DNA from: Sphaerochaetaceae bacterium
GTDB taxonomy: Bacteria > Spirochaetota > Spirochaetia > Sphaerochaetales > Sphaerochaetaceae
DNA length: 64,000 nucleotides
NCBI GenBank assembly: GCA_016302165.1
Contig: JAEDOD010000001.1
Span: 1,382 to 65,381 of the forward strand
Reading direction: 5' to 3'
A program made the position numbers and the translations under genes. Position 1 is the stretch's first letter. Every line of letters begins with the position of its first letter. Shown piece after piece: positions 45,440 through 54,993 of this stretch. The notes under the pieces were generated by a model. That model saw nothing but the letters and a program-made list of their open reading frames with translations, was not told the DNA's origin and ran no database searches.

Positions 45440-45987
45440 AGAAGACACTTATGACCAGTCTTGTACTGTTTTTGATATGTGCTGTCTGCGCTGTACTTTG
45501 CGCTACTGTCAACTCCTTTACAGCTCCAAAAATCGAAGAGAACATCAGAAAAGCCAATGCAGAGGCACTGAAAAGCGTTGCCGGAGACCTGGAGATAGGC
45601 GAGACAGTTCCTGTGGAAGGATGGCCAGGAGTTGTGGAGGCCACACCTCTTCTGGAGGACGGAAAGAGAGTGGGGACAGCTCTTCTCCTTTCCGGTTCGG
45701 GCTATGGTGGAGCCTTCTCCATCATCGCTTCCTACGACACTGAAGGAGTGCTTCTGGGCGCCAAGATGACTACAGATAGCGAGACTGCAGGTCTTGGAAA
45801 GAAAGCTGAAGAGGATTGGTATATGGCTCTCTTCGGAGGAATGGGAAAGGATAAGTCCTTCCCATCTTCCCCTAAGGATCTTCCTGGTGAAGAGGCTGCC
45901 CTGGTCAGCGGGGCCACTGTCACCTTCAAGGGAGTCTCAAAGGCTCTGAAGCTTGGTAGCGACTGCGCTAAGGAGGTCGGAAGATGA
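45436..45987 (+). CDS. rnfG: Rnf complex subunit G (FMN-binding)
   Basis: An N-terminal TM anchor and an FMN-attachment-type motif SGATVTFKG. Confidence 0.9.
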   Translation: MKKTLMTSLVLFLICAVCAVLCATVNSFTAPKIEENIRKANAEALKSVAGDLEIGETVPVEGWPGVVEATPLLEDGKRVGTALLLSGSGYGGAFSIIASYDTEGVLLGAKMTTDSETAGLGKKAEEDWYMALFGGMGKDKSFPSSPKDLPGEEAALVSGATVTFKGVSKALKLGSDCAKEVGR

Positions 45988-46619
45988 AGAACAACCATAT
46001 AAAGGAACTGTGTAAGGGAATCTGGAAGGAAAATCCGATTTTCGTGATCATGCTTGGAATGTGTCCGACTCTGGCTGTCTCGACCCAGGTGTCCAATGCA
46101 ATAGGCATGGGACTGGGAGTTGTCTTTGTCCTGACACTGTCCAACATCTTCATCTCCCTGTTGAAGAAGGTGATTCCTGATTCCATAAGAATCCCTTCCT
46201 ATATCGTAATCATTGCATCCTTCGTCACCATCCTTGAGATGCTTATGCATGCATATCTCCCTTCCCTATATGACGCCTTGGGAATCTATCTTTCCCTTAT
46301 AGTCGTCAACTGCGTAATTTTGGGAAGAGCTGAGGCCTTTGCCAACAAGAACAGCGTCTTCGACTCTGCCCTTGACGGAATCGGCATGGGCCTGGGCTTC
46401 ACTCTTGGCCTTACGATCATTGCGGCCATAAGAGAGATCCTGGGAAGCGGAACCATCACTCTCTTTGCCATTGGAGGCTGGAACGGAGTCATAAAGGTGC
46501 CTCTTCTCTCCTCCAACCCTGTGAGAGTAGTGGGAATGAGCGCCGGAGCCCTTCTGGTAATGGGACTTCTGAAGGCCTTCTTCACCTGGAGAAGCGAGAA
46601 AAAGGGAGATAAGAGATGA
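45984..46619 (+). CDS. rnfE: Rnf complex subunit E
   Basis: NqrD/RnfE-family sequence (NPIFVIMLGMCPTLAVS...). The start overlaps the rnfG stop. Confidence 0.93.
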   Translation: MKNNHIKELCKGIWKENPIFVIMLGMCPTLAVSTQVSNAIGMGLGVVFVLTLSNIFISLLKKVIPDSIRIPSYIVIIASFVTILEMLMHAYLPSLYDALGIYLSLIVVNCVILGRAEAFANKNSVFDSALDGIGMGLGFTLGLTIIAAIREILGSGTITLFAIGGWNGVIKVPLLSSNPVRVVGMSAGALLVMGLLKAFFTWRSEKKGDKR

Positions 46620-47209
46620 GCTATATCGGTATTCTTATTACATATATCTTTGTAAACAACTTCATTCTTGTGAAGTTCATGGGAATCTGTCCCTTCATTG
46701 GAGTCAGCAAAAATAGCTCCTCAGCCATTGGCATGGGAGTTGCTGTAACCTTTGTCACCAGCGTAACCAGCGTAGTGTGCTGGATGGTCTATTATGGCCT
46801 TCTCGCTCCCTTCGGCCTGGAATATCTCAGGACCATTTCCTTCATTCTTGTGATCGCTGCCATGGTCCAGCTGGTTGAAATGGTGATCAGGAAGTTCTCT
46901 CCTTCCCTTTATAAGGCTCTTGGAATCTATCTTCCTCTCATTACCACCAACTGTGCTGTCCTGGGTATCGCCATCATCAACATCGACTCCGGATATAACC
47001 TTCTCCAGTCCTTCTTTGCAGGTCTGGCTGCAGGAATCGGCTTCACGATGGCAATTGTGCTCATGTCCAATATCCGTGAGAAGCTGGAGCTTACTCCTGT
47101 ACGTAAGAGCTTCAAGGGAGTTCCAATCACTTTCATAAGTGCAGGAATCATGGCTTTGGCCTTCATGGCTTTCGATTCAAGCCTTCTTTCGAATCTTGGT
47201 CTAGTGTAA
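46616..47209 (+). CDS. rnfA: Rnf complex subunit A
   Basis: NqrE/RnfA-family sequence (VNNFILVKFMGICPFIGVS...). The start overlaps the rnfE stop. Confidence 0.93.
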   Translation: MSYIGILITYIFVNNFILVKFMGICPFIGVSKNSSSAIGMGVAVTFVTSVTSVVCWMVYYGLLAPFGLEYLRTISFILVIAAMVQLVEMVIRKFSPSLYKALGIYLPLITTNCAVLGIAIINIDSGYNLLQSFFAGLAAGIGFTMAIVLMSNIREKLELTPVRKSFKGVPITFISAGIMALAFMAFDSSLLSNLGLV

Positions 47210-47222
47210 GGAGATAGATAAG

Positions 47223-48014
47223 ATGAACATTCTATATGCATTTATAATAGTTGCTGTCTTGGGTCTCCTTCTTGGAGCTGGCCTTGCCTTTGCCGATAAG
47301 GCGCTGAAGGTGAAGAAGGATGAGAAGCTTGAGGCTCTGGAAGCCATAATGCCTGGAGCCAACTGCGGAGGCTGCGGCTTTGCAGGCTGCTCAGCATACG
47401 CAGAAGCTGTGGCTGAAGGAACGGCCAAGCCTGGACTTTGCTCTCCCGGAGGCAAGGCTCTTGCCGAGAAGATGGGTGAAATCTTGGGCATAAGCGTGGA
47501 AGTAGGGGAAAGAAAAGTGGCCTACGTCTTCTGCCAGGGTGGCAAGGATGTGACCAAGGAAGACTATAGATATGAAGGAATCAAGGACTGCAATGCAGCT
47601 TCCCTTCTTTTCCAGGGACCCAACGGCTGTAAGGAAGGATGCCTTCATATGGGATCCTGTATGGCTGTTTGTCCTGCCCATGCCATCTACTATGATGAAA
47701 AGGGCAACGTCAAGGTGGACAAGGAAAAGTGTGTAGGCTGCGGAGCCTGCACCAAGGTCTGCCCCAACGGTGTAATCAAGCTTATTCCGTATAGCGCTGA
47801 ATATGTGGTAGCCTGCAATAACCATGAAGCTGGAGCCAAGGCAAAGAAGAATTGCAGCGCAGCCTGCATCGGATGCAGAATCTGCGTAAACAAGGTTGAA
47901 AACTCACCTTTCACAGTGGATTCCTTCCTTTCCTCCATCGACTACTCCAAGGACCAGAGCGCTTGTCCTCTTGCCCAGGAGAAGTGTCCTCAGAAGTGCA
48001 TTGTAAGGAGCTAG
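47223..48014 (+). CDS. rnfB: Rnf complex subunit B (polyferredoxin)
   Basis: An N-terminal TM helix, the CGGCGFAGC cluster motif and several CxxCxxCxxxCP 4Fe-4S motifs. Confidence 0.92.
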   Translation: MNILYAFIIVAVLGLLLGAGLAFADKALKVKKDEKLEALEAIMPGANCGGCGFAGCSAYAEAVAEGTAKPGLCSPGGKALAEKMGEILGISVEVGERKVAYVFCQGGKDVTKEDYRYEGIKDCNAASLLFQGPNGCKEGCLHMGSCMAVCPAHAIYYDEKGNVKVDKEKCVGCGACTKVCPNGVIKLIPYSAEYVVACNNHEAGAKAKKNCSAACIGCRICVNKVENSPFTVDSFLSSIDYSKDQSACPLAQEKCPQKCIVRS

Positions 48015-48018
48015 CCAA

Positions 48019-49824
48019 TTGAAGCTTTTCCTGGGATTATATACAGAACTCTACAGTACTCCTCCATCTCTTTTCGACAAGACACTGTCTCTTGTCTATG
48101 AACCTGTACTGTCCTTTATGTACAATAATCCCGGGCACATCCTCTCCCTCTACCAGTCATCTGCAATGATGAAACATATCCAGAGGGAGAGACCTGAATA
48201 CAGGTCACTGGTCTCCACCCTCTGTAAGAGAGGTGAAATCAATCCTCTTACAGGAACCTGGTCCCAGTCCATACTTTCCCTTCTTCCTCCGAAGGACAGG
48301 GTCACTCAGATTGAGCGCATGACATCCTTCATCCGCCATGAGTATGGAGTCCTCCCCAATACTGCCTTCTTCTATGGTCAGGTCTGGCAGCCCTTGTATA
48401 TTTCCCTGTTGAAGAATGCAGGAATAGACAATGTAGTGATCTCCACCTGGAAGGGAGGAGACAAGGAAGCCATTGACCAGCCTTTCCTGATGAACGAGCT
48501 GGGGAAGAAGGTAAGGATCTTCCCTTTCCATGACAGGATCGCCTCCTCTGTGGAGTCTTACTCAAAGGGAGATATTGGATACGATAGTCTAAGGGAGGAG
48601 GTCTTTTCATCTCTTGATGGGACTGAGGGAGAGAAAACTGTGTTCCTTAACATGGACCAATTGGTCCTTGGAAGCCAAAGGGAAGGAAAAGGCGCGAAGC
48701 CGGGCCTTCTTGTTGTGGATATTCTATCCCGCTTTGAGACTCTTCCAATTTCCTCCTTTAATGTTACTGAAGCTGGATATCTTCCCCAGGGCTGGTATGG
48801 AAGAGACAGCGAAACCTTCTCCCTTTCCTCCTTCAACGAGCTCTTTGTCTACGACGAGGAAAGCCGCTATCGATACAATAGGTTCATTAACCTGGCTGAA
48901 GGAACCATTTCAAGAAACAACAGACTATTGCGTAAGGATGTTTCTACAGCTCTTTTCAATGTGTCTGCAGGACCACTCTTTATCCATGATTCCCAATTGG
49001 CTCCTCTCCGCTACAGGACCAGGAGGAATTTCTGGGAAAGTATAATCGGAGCTGAGAACTGCTTCTGGGAGTATACGGAAGGACCTTCCCTCAGGGAATG
49101 GGACTGGGAGGATATTTCACGGCCTGACATTGTAATGTCCAACAGGACATACCTGGCTGTAGTGTCCCCAAAAGGCGCAGCCTGCCCTGAGTTCGATTTC
49201 CTGTTGAAGAATCTGAATATTTTCGACACCTCGTCTCCTCTTGACAGGAATATTCCCATCAAGGAGCTGAAAAAATCCTTTTCAGATATAGTTGAAGTCA
49301 ATGGAAGAGAGTGGAGCTCCTCCTCATCCATGTTCTTTCCTGAGGTGCTGGACAAGAAGAGGAGCGAAGTCCAGTTCCTTCTTGAAGAGGATGATCTTCC
49401 CTTCACCCTTTCAAAGAGATATAGAATGAGGGCCTCAACCTTTATTCTGGATATTCTTCTTACCAATGTGTCTTCTTCTCCACTGAAGGGAACCTACTCT
49501 GTGGTTGTCTATCTTTCCATGCCGGATGTGTGCATTCTCGGTTCTGACCAGAGGATGGATATGGTGACCAAGGGTGAAGTAAGGGCCAAGACAGTGAAAT
49601 ACTCATCCAGAATGGAGGACGAGACACAGATGATCTTCTCCTCCACATCTCTGTTTACACTTACTGAGGAGATACAGAGGAGTACAGAGACCACAGCCTT
49701 GGGAGAAGAGGAATTTGGGCTGGGAAAGAAGATTGTATTTCATTTCCCTCTTGAAGTTGATGGAGAAGAATCGGTAACCTATAGGCTGGTCATGAGAGTA
49801 CAGGGTCCAAAGAAGGACCAGTGA
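48019..49824 (+). CDS. GH57-like protein lacking the canonical catalytic motifs (function unknown), co-translated with rnf
   Basis: The TTG start lies 8 nt after an AAGGAG that sits inside the end of rnfB. The N-terminal ~150 aa run parallel to GH57 enzymes (RPEYRSLVSTLCKRGEINPL...PPKDRVTQIERM...VWQP...AGIDNVVIS). The HQP region and the position I align with the nucleophile Glu are not conserved. Confidence 0.6.
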   Translation: MKLFLGLYTELYSTPPSLFDKTLSLVYEPVLSFMYNNPGHILSLYQSSAMMKHIQRERPEYRSLVSTLCKRGEINPLTGTWSQSILSLLPPKDRVTQIERMTSFIRHEYGVLPNTAFFYGQVWQPLYISLLKNAGIDNVVISTWKGGDKEAIDQPFLMNELGKKVRIFPFHDRIASSVESYSKGDIGYDSLREEVFSSLDGTEGEKTVFLNMDQLVLGSQREGKGAKPGLLVVDILSRFETLPISSFNVTEAGYLPQGWYGRDSETFSLSSFNELFVYDEESRYRYNRFINLAEGTISRNNRLLRKDVSTALFNVSAGPLFIHDSQLAPLRYRTRRNFWESIIGAENCFWEYTEGPSLREWDWEDISRPDIVMSNRTYLAVVSPKGAACPEFDFLLKNLNIFDTSSPLDRNIPIKELKKSFSDIVEVNGREWSSSSSMFFPEVLDKKRSEVQFLLEEDDLPFTLSKRYRMRASTFILDILLTNVSSSPLKGTYSVVVYLSMPDVCILGSDQRMDMVTKGEVRAKTVKYSSRMEDETQMIFSSTSLFTLTEEIQRSTETTALGEEEFGLGKKIVFHFPLEVDGEESVTYRLVMRVQGPKKDQ

Positions 49825-49853
49825 TCTAAAGAATATTTAAGGAGAAAAAGAAT

Positions 49854-50958
49854 ATGTTCATTGAAAACAAAGCACAGTTCGAAGACATAAAGGAAGAAGC
49901 CTACAACGTATGGAGGCGTCTTTGAACAGGCGGGGACTGAAGATCAGATAAAGAAGATTGAAGAGGAGACAGGAGCTCCTGATTTCTGGAATAACCCTGA
50001 AAGTGCAGAAAAGACATTCCAGAAGCTTAACTCCCTTAAAGACAGCTACTATCCATGGAAGGAGATCATCGGCGAGATCGATGACCTTGGAGAATTGATA
50101 GAGCTCTATAAGAGCGAAGAGGATGAAGACCTGAGAATGGAGCTTCAGAATCAGATTACAGCTCTGGAGGAGAAGTTCAGGCCATTGAAGCTGAAGACTC
50201 TCCTGGACGGTAAGTTCGACAGGAACAACCTTTATCTTTCAATACATTCGGGAGCAGGTGGAACTGAAGCCAGCGACTGGGCAAGCATGCTTATGAGAAT
50301 GTATACCAGATGGACAGAGCGCCATGGCTTCAAGTGTGAAGTGCTGGATATGGAAGAGAACGAAGGTGGAATCAAGAGCGTTACCATGAAGGTAAGTGGC
50401 GACTATGCCTTCGGTTACCTGAAGGGTGAGGCCGGAGTGCACAGACTGGTAAGGATAAGCCCTTATGACGCTGCAAAGAGAAGACACACTTCCTTCGCTT
50501 CCGTCTATGCATCTGCAGAAGTTGATGACGATATCGAAATCGATATCAAGCCTGAAGACTACAGACTGGATACTTATAGGGCTGGTGGAGCCGGTGGACA
50601 GCATGTCAACAAGACAGACAGCGCCGTCAGAATCACCCACTATGCCACAGGAATAGTGGTCCAGTGCCAGAACGAAAGAAGCCAGTATATGAATAAGGAT
50701 GTAGCCTTCAAGATGCTCAGGGCCAAGCTCTATGAGTATTATCAGAAGGAGAAGGAGAAGGAAAAGGAGGCCAACGCCATTGCCAAGCAGGACATTTCCT
50801 GGGGCAGCCAGATCCGCTCCTACGTATTCCAGCCCTATACTCTTGTAAAAGACAACAGGACTAACTACAGCACAGGCAACATACAGGCTGTCATGGATGG
50901 TGAAATTGACGATTTTATCGAAAGCTATCTCCACTATGCCAAGGAACATAATCTGTAA
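49854..50958 (+). CDS. prfB: peptide chain release factor 2, requires a programmed +1 frameshift (join 49854..49922, 49924..50958)
   Basis: Frame 0 reads MFIENKAQFEDIKEEAYNVWRRL and then hits TGA at 49923-49925. The +1 frame continues EQAGTEDQIKKIEEETGAPDFWNNPE... into the RF2 body (SPYD..., GGQHVNKTDSAVR). The ORF track shows only the distal part, from 50095. Confidence 0.93.
49912..49926 (+). promoter_or_regulatory. prfB +1 frameshift site (internal SD plus CUU UGA)
   Basis: GGAGG-CGT-CTT-TGA-A. The SD-like element lies 3 nt upstream of the slippery CUU and the in-frame UGA, the same layout as the classical RF2 autoregulatory site. Confidence 0.85.
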
Positions 50959-52132
50959 GAGATTACTTTCAGGCATAATCATTATGATGCTGGCCGTCTT
51001 CTCTCTAAGGGCAGGGGGCTGGCGTTATGCTGTAGTAGGGGAGGATGAAGAATACTGCTCCCTTCTGGAAAGCGTCATTGATATGATCCCTTCCGTTACA
51101 GATGAGAATACTCTATCCCTCATTGCCCAAAGGGAGTATAGGGATAGAGTGGTCTCCTATGAAAAAAGCGTAGCTTCAGCATATAGCCAAGATAAAGCTT
51201 CCACCATTTCCACCATTGCCTTCCCCACTCTTGAGGAAATTTCTGAAGCTGAGAAGGAGAAGGTGCAGCTAAGCCTGGACTCCTACTATCCTTTCCTGGA
51301 AGAAGGTGGCGAGGATGCCAACAGATACCTATGTCAAATAAATGACCTGGATGCCCTCTTTTTTGTCAAAAGTGAAACGGAGGGCTCCCTAAGAAGCATT
51401 ACCCTGTACCTTAATGGAGAAGTATTCAGAAAGGCCCTTTTCTCGTCAGACCTGAAATCCTTTGAGGAAGAGGAGCTGTTGACTCTTCTTTCATCTCTTC
51501 TCCTTGGGGACGGATACAGCACCTACAGGATAATAAGGAATCCAGATACCGCTTCCCTCCTTATTGATGGAGAGGCAGTATCATCCTCCTTTGTGGTTCT
51601 TGAGAAGGGAAGCCATACCTTCTCCCTTTCCTCCTACGGATATGGAAATGCAAAATACTCAATGGAGGTTGGAGATGAGAAGACCATTGAAGTGACGATG
51701 GAAAGGGAGGAGCCCCACTCTGTATATGTCTCGTCTCTTCCCTGGGATTCCAAGGTGTGGGTGGATGGCATTGAAAAGGAAGATAAGTTCATTCCTTCCA
51801 TCTATTCTCCTTTTACCCTTACATTGGAATCTGATGGCTTCTCCACCCTTTCCTATGAAAGCGGTAAAAAAGACAGCGTTGTGAGAATTTCGCTTAAGCC
51901 AGAATGGACCAGTGACAGCTCCATTCTTGAAAAGAAGAAGAATTCCTTCTATTCCTCCATATTCACCACCCTTCTCTCCTTTGGAGGCATGGTGGCTGCG
52001 GAGGCTGTGGACAAAATAAATGGGGGCACAACTGCAGCACTATCCCGTGTTGTCTTGAAAGGTGTGTCGATAGTATCATTGATTAATATGTTCAGGACAG
52101 CTGTAGACTACTACAGCTACTCAGGATTTTAA
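50936..52132 (+). CDS. hypothetical secreted/membrane protein with PEGA-like beta-sandwich repeats and a C-terminal TM helix
   Basis: A signal-peptide-like N-terminus (MPRNIICKRLLSGIIIMMLAVFSL), segments resembling PEGA domains (ASLLIDGEAVSS..., SKVWVDGIEKED...) and a hydrophobic C-terminal segment. The start is uncertain (50936 or 50984). Confidence 0.55.
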   Translation: MPRNIICKRLLSGIIIMMLAVFSLRAGGWRYAVVGEDEEYCSLLESVIDMIPSVTDENTLSLIAQREYRDRVVSYEKSVASAYSQDKASTISTIAFPTLEEISEAEKEKVQLSLDSYYPFLEEGGEDANRYLCQINDLDALFFVKSETEGSLRSITLYLNGEVFRKALFSSDLKSFEEEELLTLLSSLLLGDGYSTYRIIRNPDTASLLIDGEAVSSSFVVLEKGSHTFSLSSYGYGNAKYSMEVGDEKTIEVTMEREEPHSVYVSSLPWDSKVWVDGIEKEDKFIPSIYSPFTLTLESDGFSTLSYESGKKDSVVRISLKPEWTSDSSILEKKKNSFYSSIFTTLLSFGGMVAAEAVDKINGGTTAALSRVVLKGVSIVSLINMFRTAVDYYSYSGF

Positions 52133-52142
52133 GGAGCCATAT

Positions 52143-53021
52143 ATGGGACTTTTTTCCGCATTCAGTGCGAAGATCAAGAAACTGTTCTCTTCAAGAAAGA
52201 TTGATGAAGCCTTCTTTGAAGAGCTTGAAGATACATTGATCGAAGGTGATCTGGGAGCAAAGCTTACAGATGAGATTATCGAGACCTTGAGAAAGGAAGC
52301 AAAGGCCAAGGGACTGAGTGAGGCTGCAGAGCTTCAGGCCCTAATGAAAGAGATCCTCTCATCCTATATTTCTCCCTACGACGTTTCCCTCAAGCCTGGT
52401 CTCAACGTATTCATGATCCTTGGGGTCAACGGGGTAGGTAAGACCACCACCATTGCCAAGATGTCAAAATGGTACACCAAAGAAGGCAAGAAGGTGCTTC
52501 TTGCAGCTGCAGACACCTTCCGTGCCGCAGCAGTGGACCAGCTTGATATTCACGCAGGAAGACTGGGCATGAGGATCGTCAAGCAGAATATGGGCTCTGA
52601 CCCAGGAGCTGTGGTCTTCGATGCTGTAACTTCCGCCCTGGCCCAGGGGGACGATCTGGTCCTCTGCGATACTGCAGGCAGAATGCACAACAAGGAGAAC
52701 CTGATGAGGGAGCTCCAGAAGATGGACAAAATCGTCAAGACAAGAGGGGTAAAGGAAGAGAACTACAGCAAGTTCCTTGTAATAGATGCCACTACAGGCC
52801 AGAATGGCCTTTCCCAGGCCATGCTCTTCAATCAGGCAGTGAAGCTGGATGGAGTAATCCTTACCAAGTATGATTCTGCAGCCAAGGGTGGAGCCCTGAT
52901 CCAGATAGGAAAGACTCTGGGTCTTCCTGTGGTCTTCGTAGGCACAGGGGAGGGCTATGACGATATCCACCCCTTCGATAAAGAGGAATACCTTAACGCT
53001 CTCATTGGTCTGGAGGCCTGA
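52143..53021 (+). CDS. ftsY: signal recognition particle receptor FtsY
   Basis: NG domain with GVNGVGKTTTIAK, DTAGR and TKYD motifs. This is the short form, with no acidic A-domain. Confidence 0.95.
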   Translation: MGLFSAFSAKIKKLFSSRKIDEAFFEELEDTLIEGDLGAKLTDEIIETLRKEAKAKGLSEAAELQALMKEILSSYISPYDVSLKPGLNVFMILGVNGVGKTTTIAKMSKWYTKEGKKVLLAAADTFRAAAVDQLDIHAGRLGMRIVKQNMGSDPGAVVFDAVTSALAQGDDLVLCDTAGRMHNKENLMRELQKMDKIVKTRGVKEENYSKFLVIDATTGQNGLSQAMLFNQAVKLDGVILTKYDSAAKGGALIQIGKTLGLPVVFVGTGEGYDDIHPFDKEEYLNALIGLEA

Positions 53022-53023
53022 TA

Positions 53024-53926
53024 TTGACGAAAAAAGGTGCCTTGATCCTTATGCTTCTACTTTTTCCCTCCTTTCTTTTTGCAGAAGTGTGGGATTCCAA
53101 TCCCATTGGCCAGAAGGTGGCGAAAAAGGAAGGACTGGAAAATGTAGGCTGGGAAAAAGTGGAGGAAGGCACAGTATCCACCCTCTATCTTGACGGTAAG
53201 CCAGTTTCCGTCAGGACTGAGTATGATTGGGGCTACGAGAAGGAAGAGGATGGAACACTCTTGAGGGTTATTCTCGACGAAGAGGGAAGACTGGAAAGGA
53301 AAATCCTTGAAAAAGATGGGAAGAAAGAGGAATACTCCTACTACTATTCATCCGGCATTCCTGTCTCATCCTCCCTTTCTGTGGACTCCACTGTAATTAA
53401 GGTCACAACCTACGACTTCTCCTCCGATGGCGTTCTTCTTGGATATGGGGACGGAGAAGACAGGACATACATCACCGGGGAGAGAATGGTTCTTTCCCGC
53501 TTTGGTGAACTGGAGACCATAGAAAAGGATGGAAGCCTGGGAGAAAAGGAAATCCAGTGGCTCGAAGATGGCGGATACACGGAAAAGACCATTGAAGAGG
53601 AAAGGGAGATCCTCTCCACCTATGACAGCAACGGTAGGCTTATAAAGAAGGAGACAGGAGAGGAAACATATGAATACACCTACTCTTCCTTGGGCCTATT
53701 GGAAAGGGAGACGCTTTATTCTTCCGGCTCTTTAACAGTCACCACCTATGAAAATGGAAAAAGGACAGTGACTGAGGTCTTTACTTCCGATGGCCAAATA
53801 AAGGAAAGGAAGGAATATCTTGGCGACGGTACCTTCCTCCTTACCAGGTACATCGATGGAAAGGAAAGATACATCTTTCATCTAGACAAGGATGGAGAAA
53901 GGATTCTGGAGGCCAGAGGATTATGA
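53024..53926 (+). CDS. hypothetical secreted protein with short Gly/Tyr-containing repeats
   Basis: TTG start and signal peptide (LILMLLLFPSFLFA). Repeated E/K/G/Y-rich units loosely resemble MORN/YwqK-type repeats. Confidence 0.5.
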   Translation: MTKKGALILMLLLFPSFLFAEVWDSNPIGQKVAKKEGLENVGWEKVEEGTVSTLYLDGKPVSVRTEYDWGYEKEEDGTLLRVILDEEGRLERKILEKDGKKEEYSYYYSSGIPVSSSLSVDSTVIKVTTYDFSSDGVLLGYGDGEDRTYITGERMVLSRFGELETIEKDGSLGEKEIQWLEDGGYTEKTIEEEREILSTYDSNGRLIKKETGEETYEYTYSSLGLLERETLYSSGSLTVTTYENGKRTVTEVFTSDGQIKERKEYLGDGTFLLTRYIDGKERYIFHLDKDGERILEARGL

Positions 53927-54993
53927 TAGGCTTCGTTTCCTTCCGTTATGCGTTTTCCCGTTCCTCCGGGCAGAGAGGGAGGGCCATCAGGGCCATGATT
54001 ACCATTGCCCTATCCCTGGTTGCTGTAACTGTAGTGATGTCTGTAATGGAATTTCTCCAGGAAGGAAGATTCAATGACATAAGGGATGTAAGAAGCTTCA
54101 GCGTCATTGTGGAGGGAAGACATAAGGAAGAGATTCAGCAGCTTTTTCCTGACAGCACTGTATTTGAATATGGAGAAGGGGAGGCCTTGCACGAAAGCGG
54201 GGCCTATATGGTGAGATATATCGACAGTGACTACGATGGAGGACTCAACTACTTCTATGGAGACGCCTCCTCCCTTCTTATTCCATATACCCGGCTTTCC
54301 TCCCTTTCCAGCAAAGTGACCCTTTCCATGCTCAGGAAGGGGAAGGTAGCCACAACAATGAAGAATGTGGAGTTCACTGTCAGCGGCATATATTGGACTA
54401 AGGTTGGCAAGGAGTTTGATGACACTATGCTTTTTCTTCCCATTTTCTATGCTGACGAAACTGTCAACTTTGTTACAGCCCTGAAGGGAGTTGATTCCCA
54501 GTTGGCTCTGTCTCGCCTTGAGGAGATAGGCCTGGAGGGAGTGGAGTGGAAGGAAGCGGAATCAAGCCTGTATGCCGCCTTCCTGGTGGAGAAGACCATG
54601 ATGTATGGAGTGCTGTCGCTCCTTTTTATCATAATCATGGTGTCAATGAAGCAGAGTGTGAGGATCTTCGTCTCTTCCAGAAGAAAGGAAAGCGCTGAAC
54701 TGGAGATCCTGGGGCTGAGCGGGAAAAGAGTGCTTCTTGTGACAGAGTGGGCATTTCTGATGATCCTTATTCTGGGAATTCTGTTGGGAATAGCGCTAGG
54801 CATGGTTTCCCTTGTGGCACTGGAAAAGCTTAGCCTTTCCTCTCCTTCCATTATGGATATGACTCTGTCCCTTCCTAAGGGAGGCCTCCTGTTCTTCTCT
54901 TCCTTCCTTATGGTCTTTACAGTAATTTCTGTAATGTGGGAAAGCAGAAGAAAGGAAAGGGGAATGCTTTGGGAGGTTATAAATGGAAAATGA
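53923..54993 (+). CDS. ABC transporter permease, FtsX/LolC-like
   Basis: An N-terminal TM helix, a large extracytoplasmic loop and three C-terminal TM helices (FtsX-like topology). The ATGA start overlaps the previous stop. Confidence 0.8.
   Translation: MIGFVSFRYAFSRSSGQRGRAIRAMITIALSLVAVTVVMSVMEFLQEGRFNDIRDVRSFSVIVEGRHKEEIQQLFPDSTVFEYGEGEALHESGAYMVRYIDSDYDGGLNYFYGDASSLLIPYTRLSSLSSKVTLSMLRKGKVATTMKNVEFTVSGIYWTKVGKEFDDTMLFLPIFYADETVNFVTALKGVDSQLALSRLEEIGLEGVEWKEAESSLYAAFLVEKTMMYGVLSLLFIIIMVSMKQSVRIFVSSRRKESAELEILGLSGKRVLLVTEWAFLMILILGILLGIALGMVSLVALEKLSLSSPSIMDMTLSLPKGGLLFFSSFLMVFTVISVMWESRRKERGMLWEVINGK

Noticed and set aside
50239-50982. 247-aa minus-strand ORF
   Set aside because: It is antisense to prfB.
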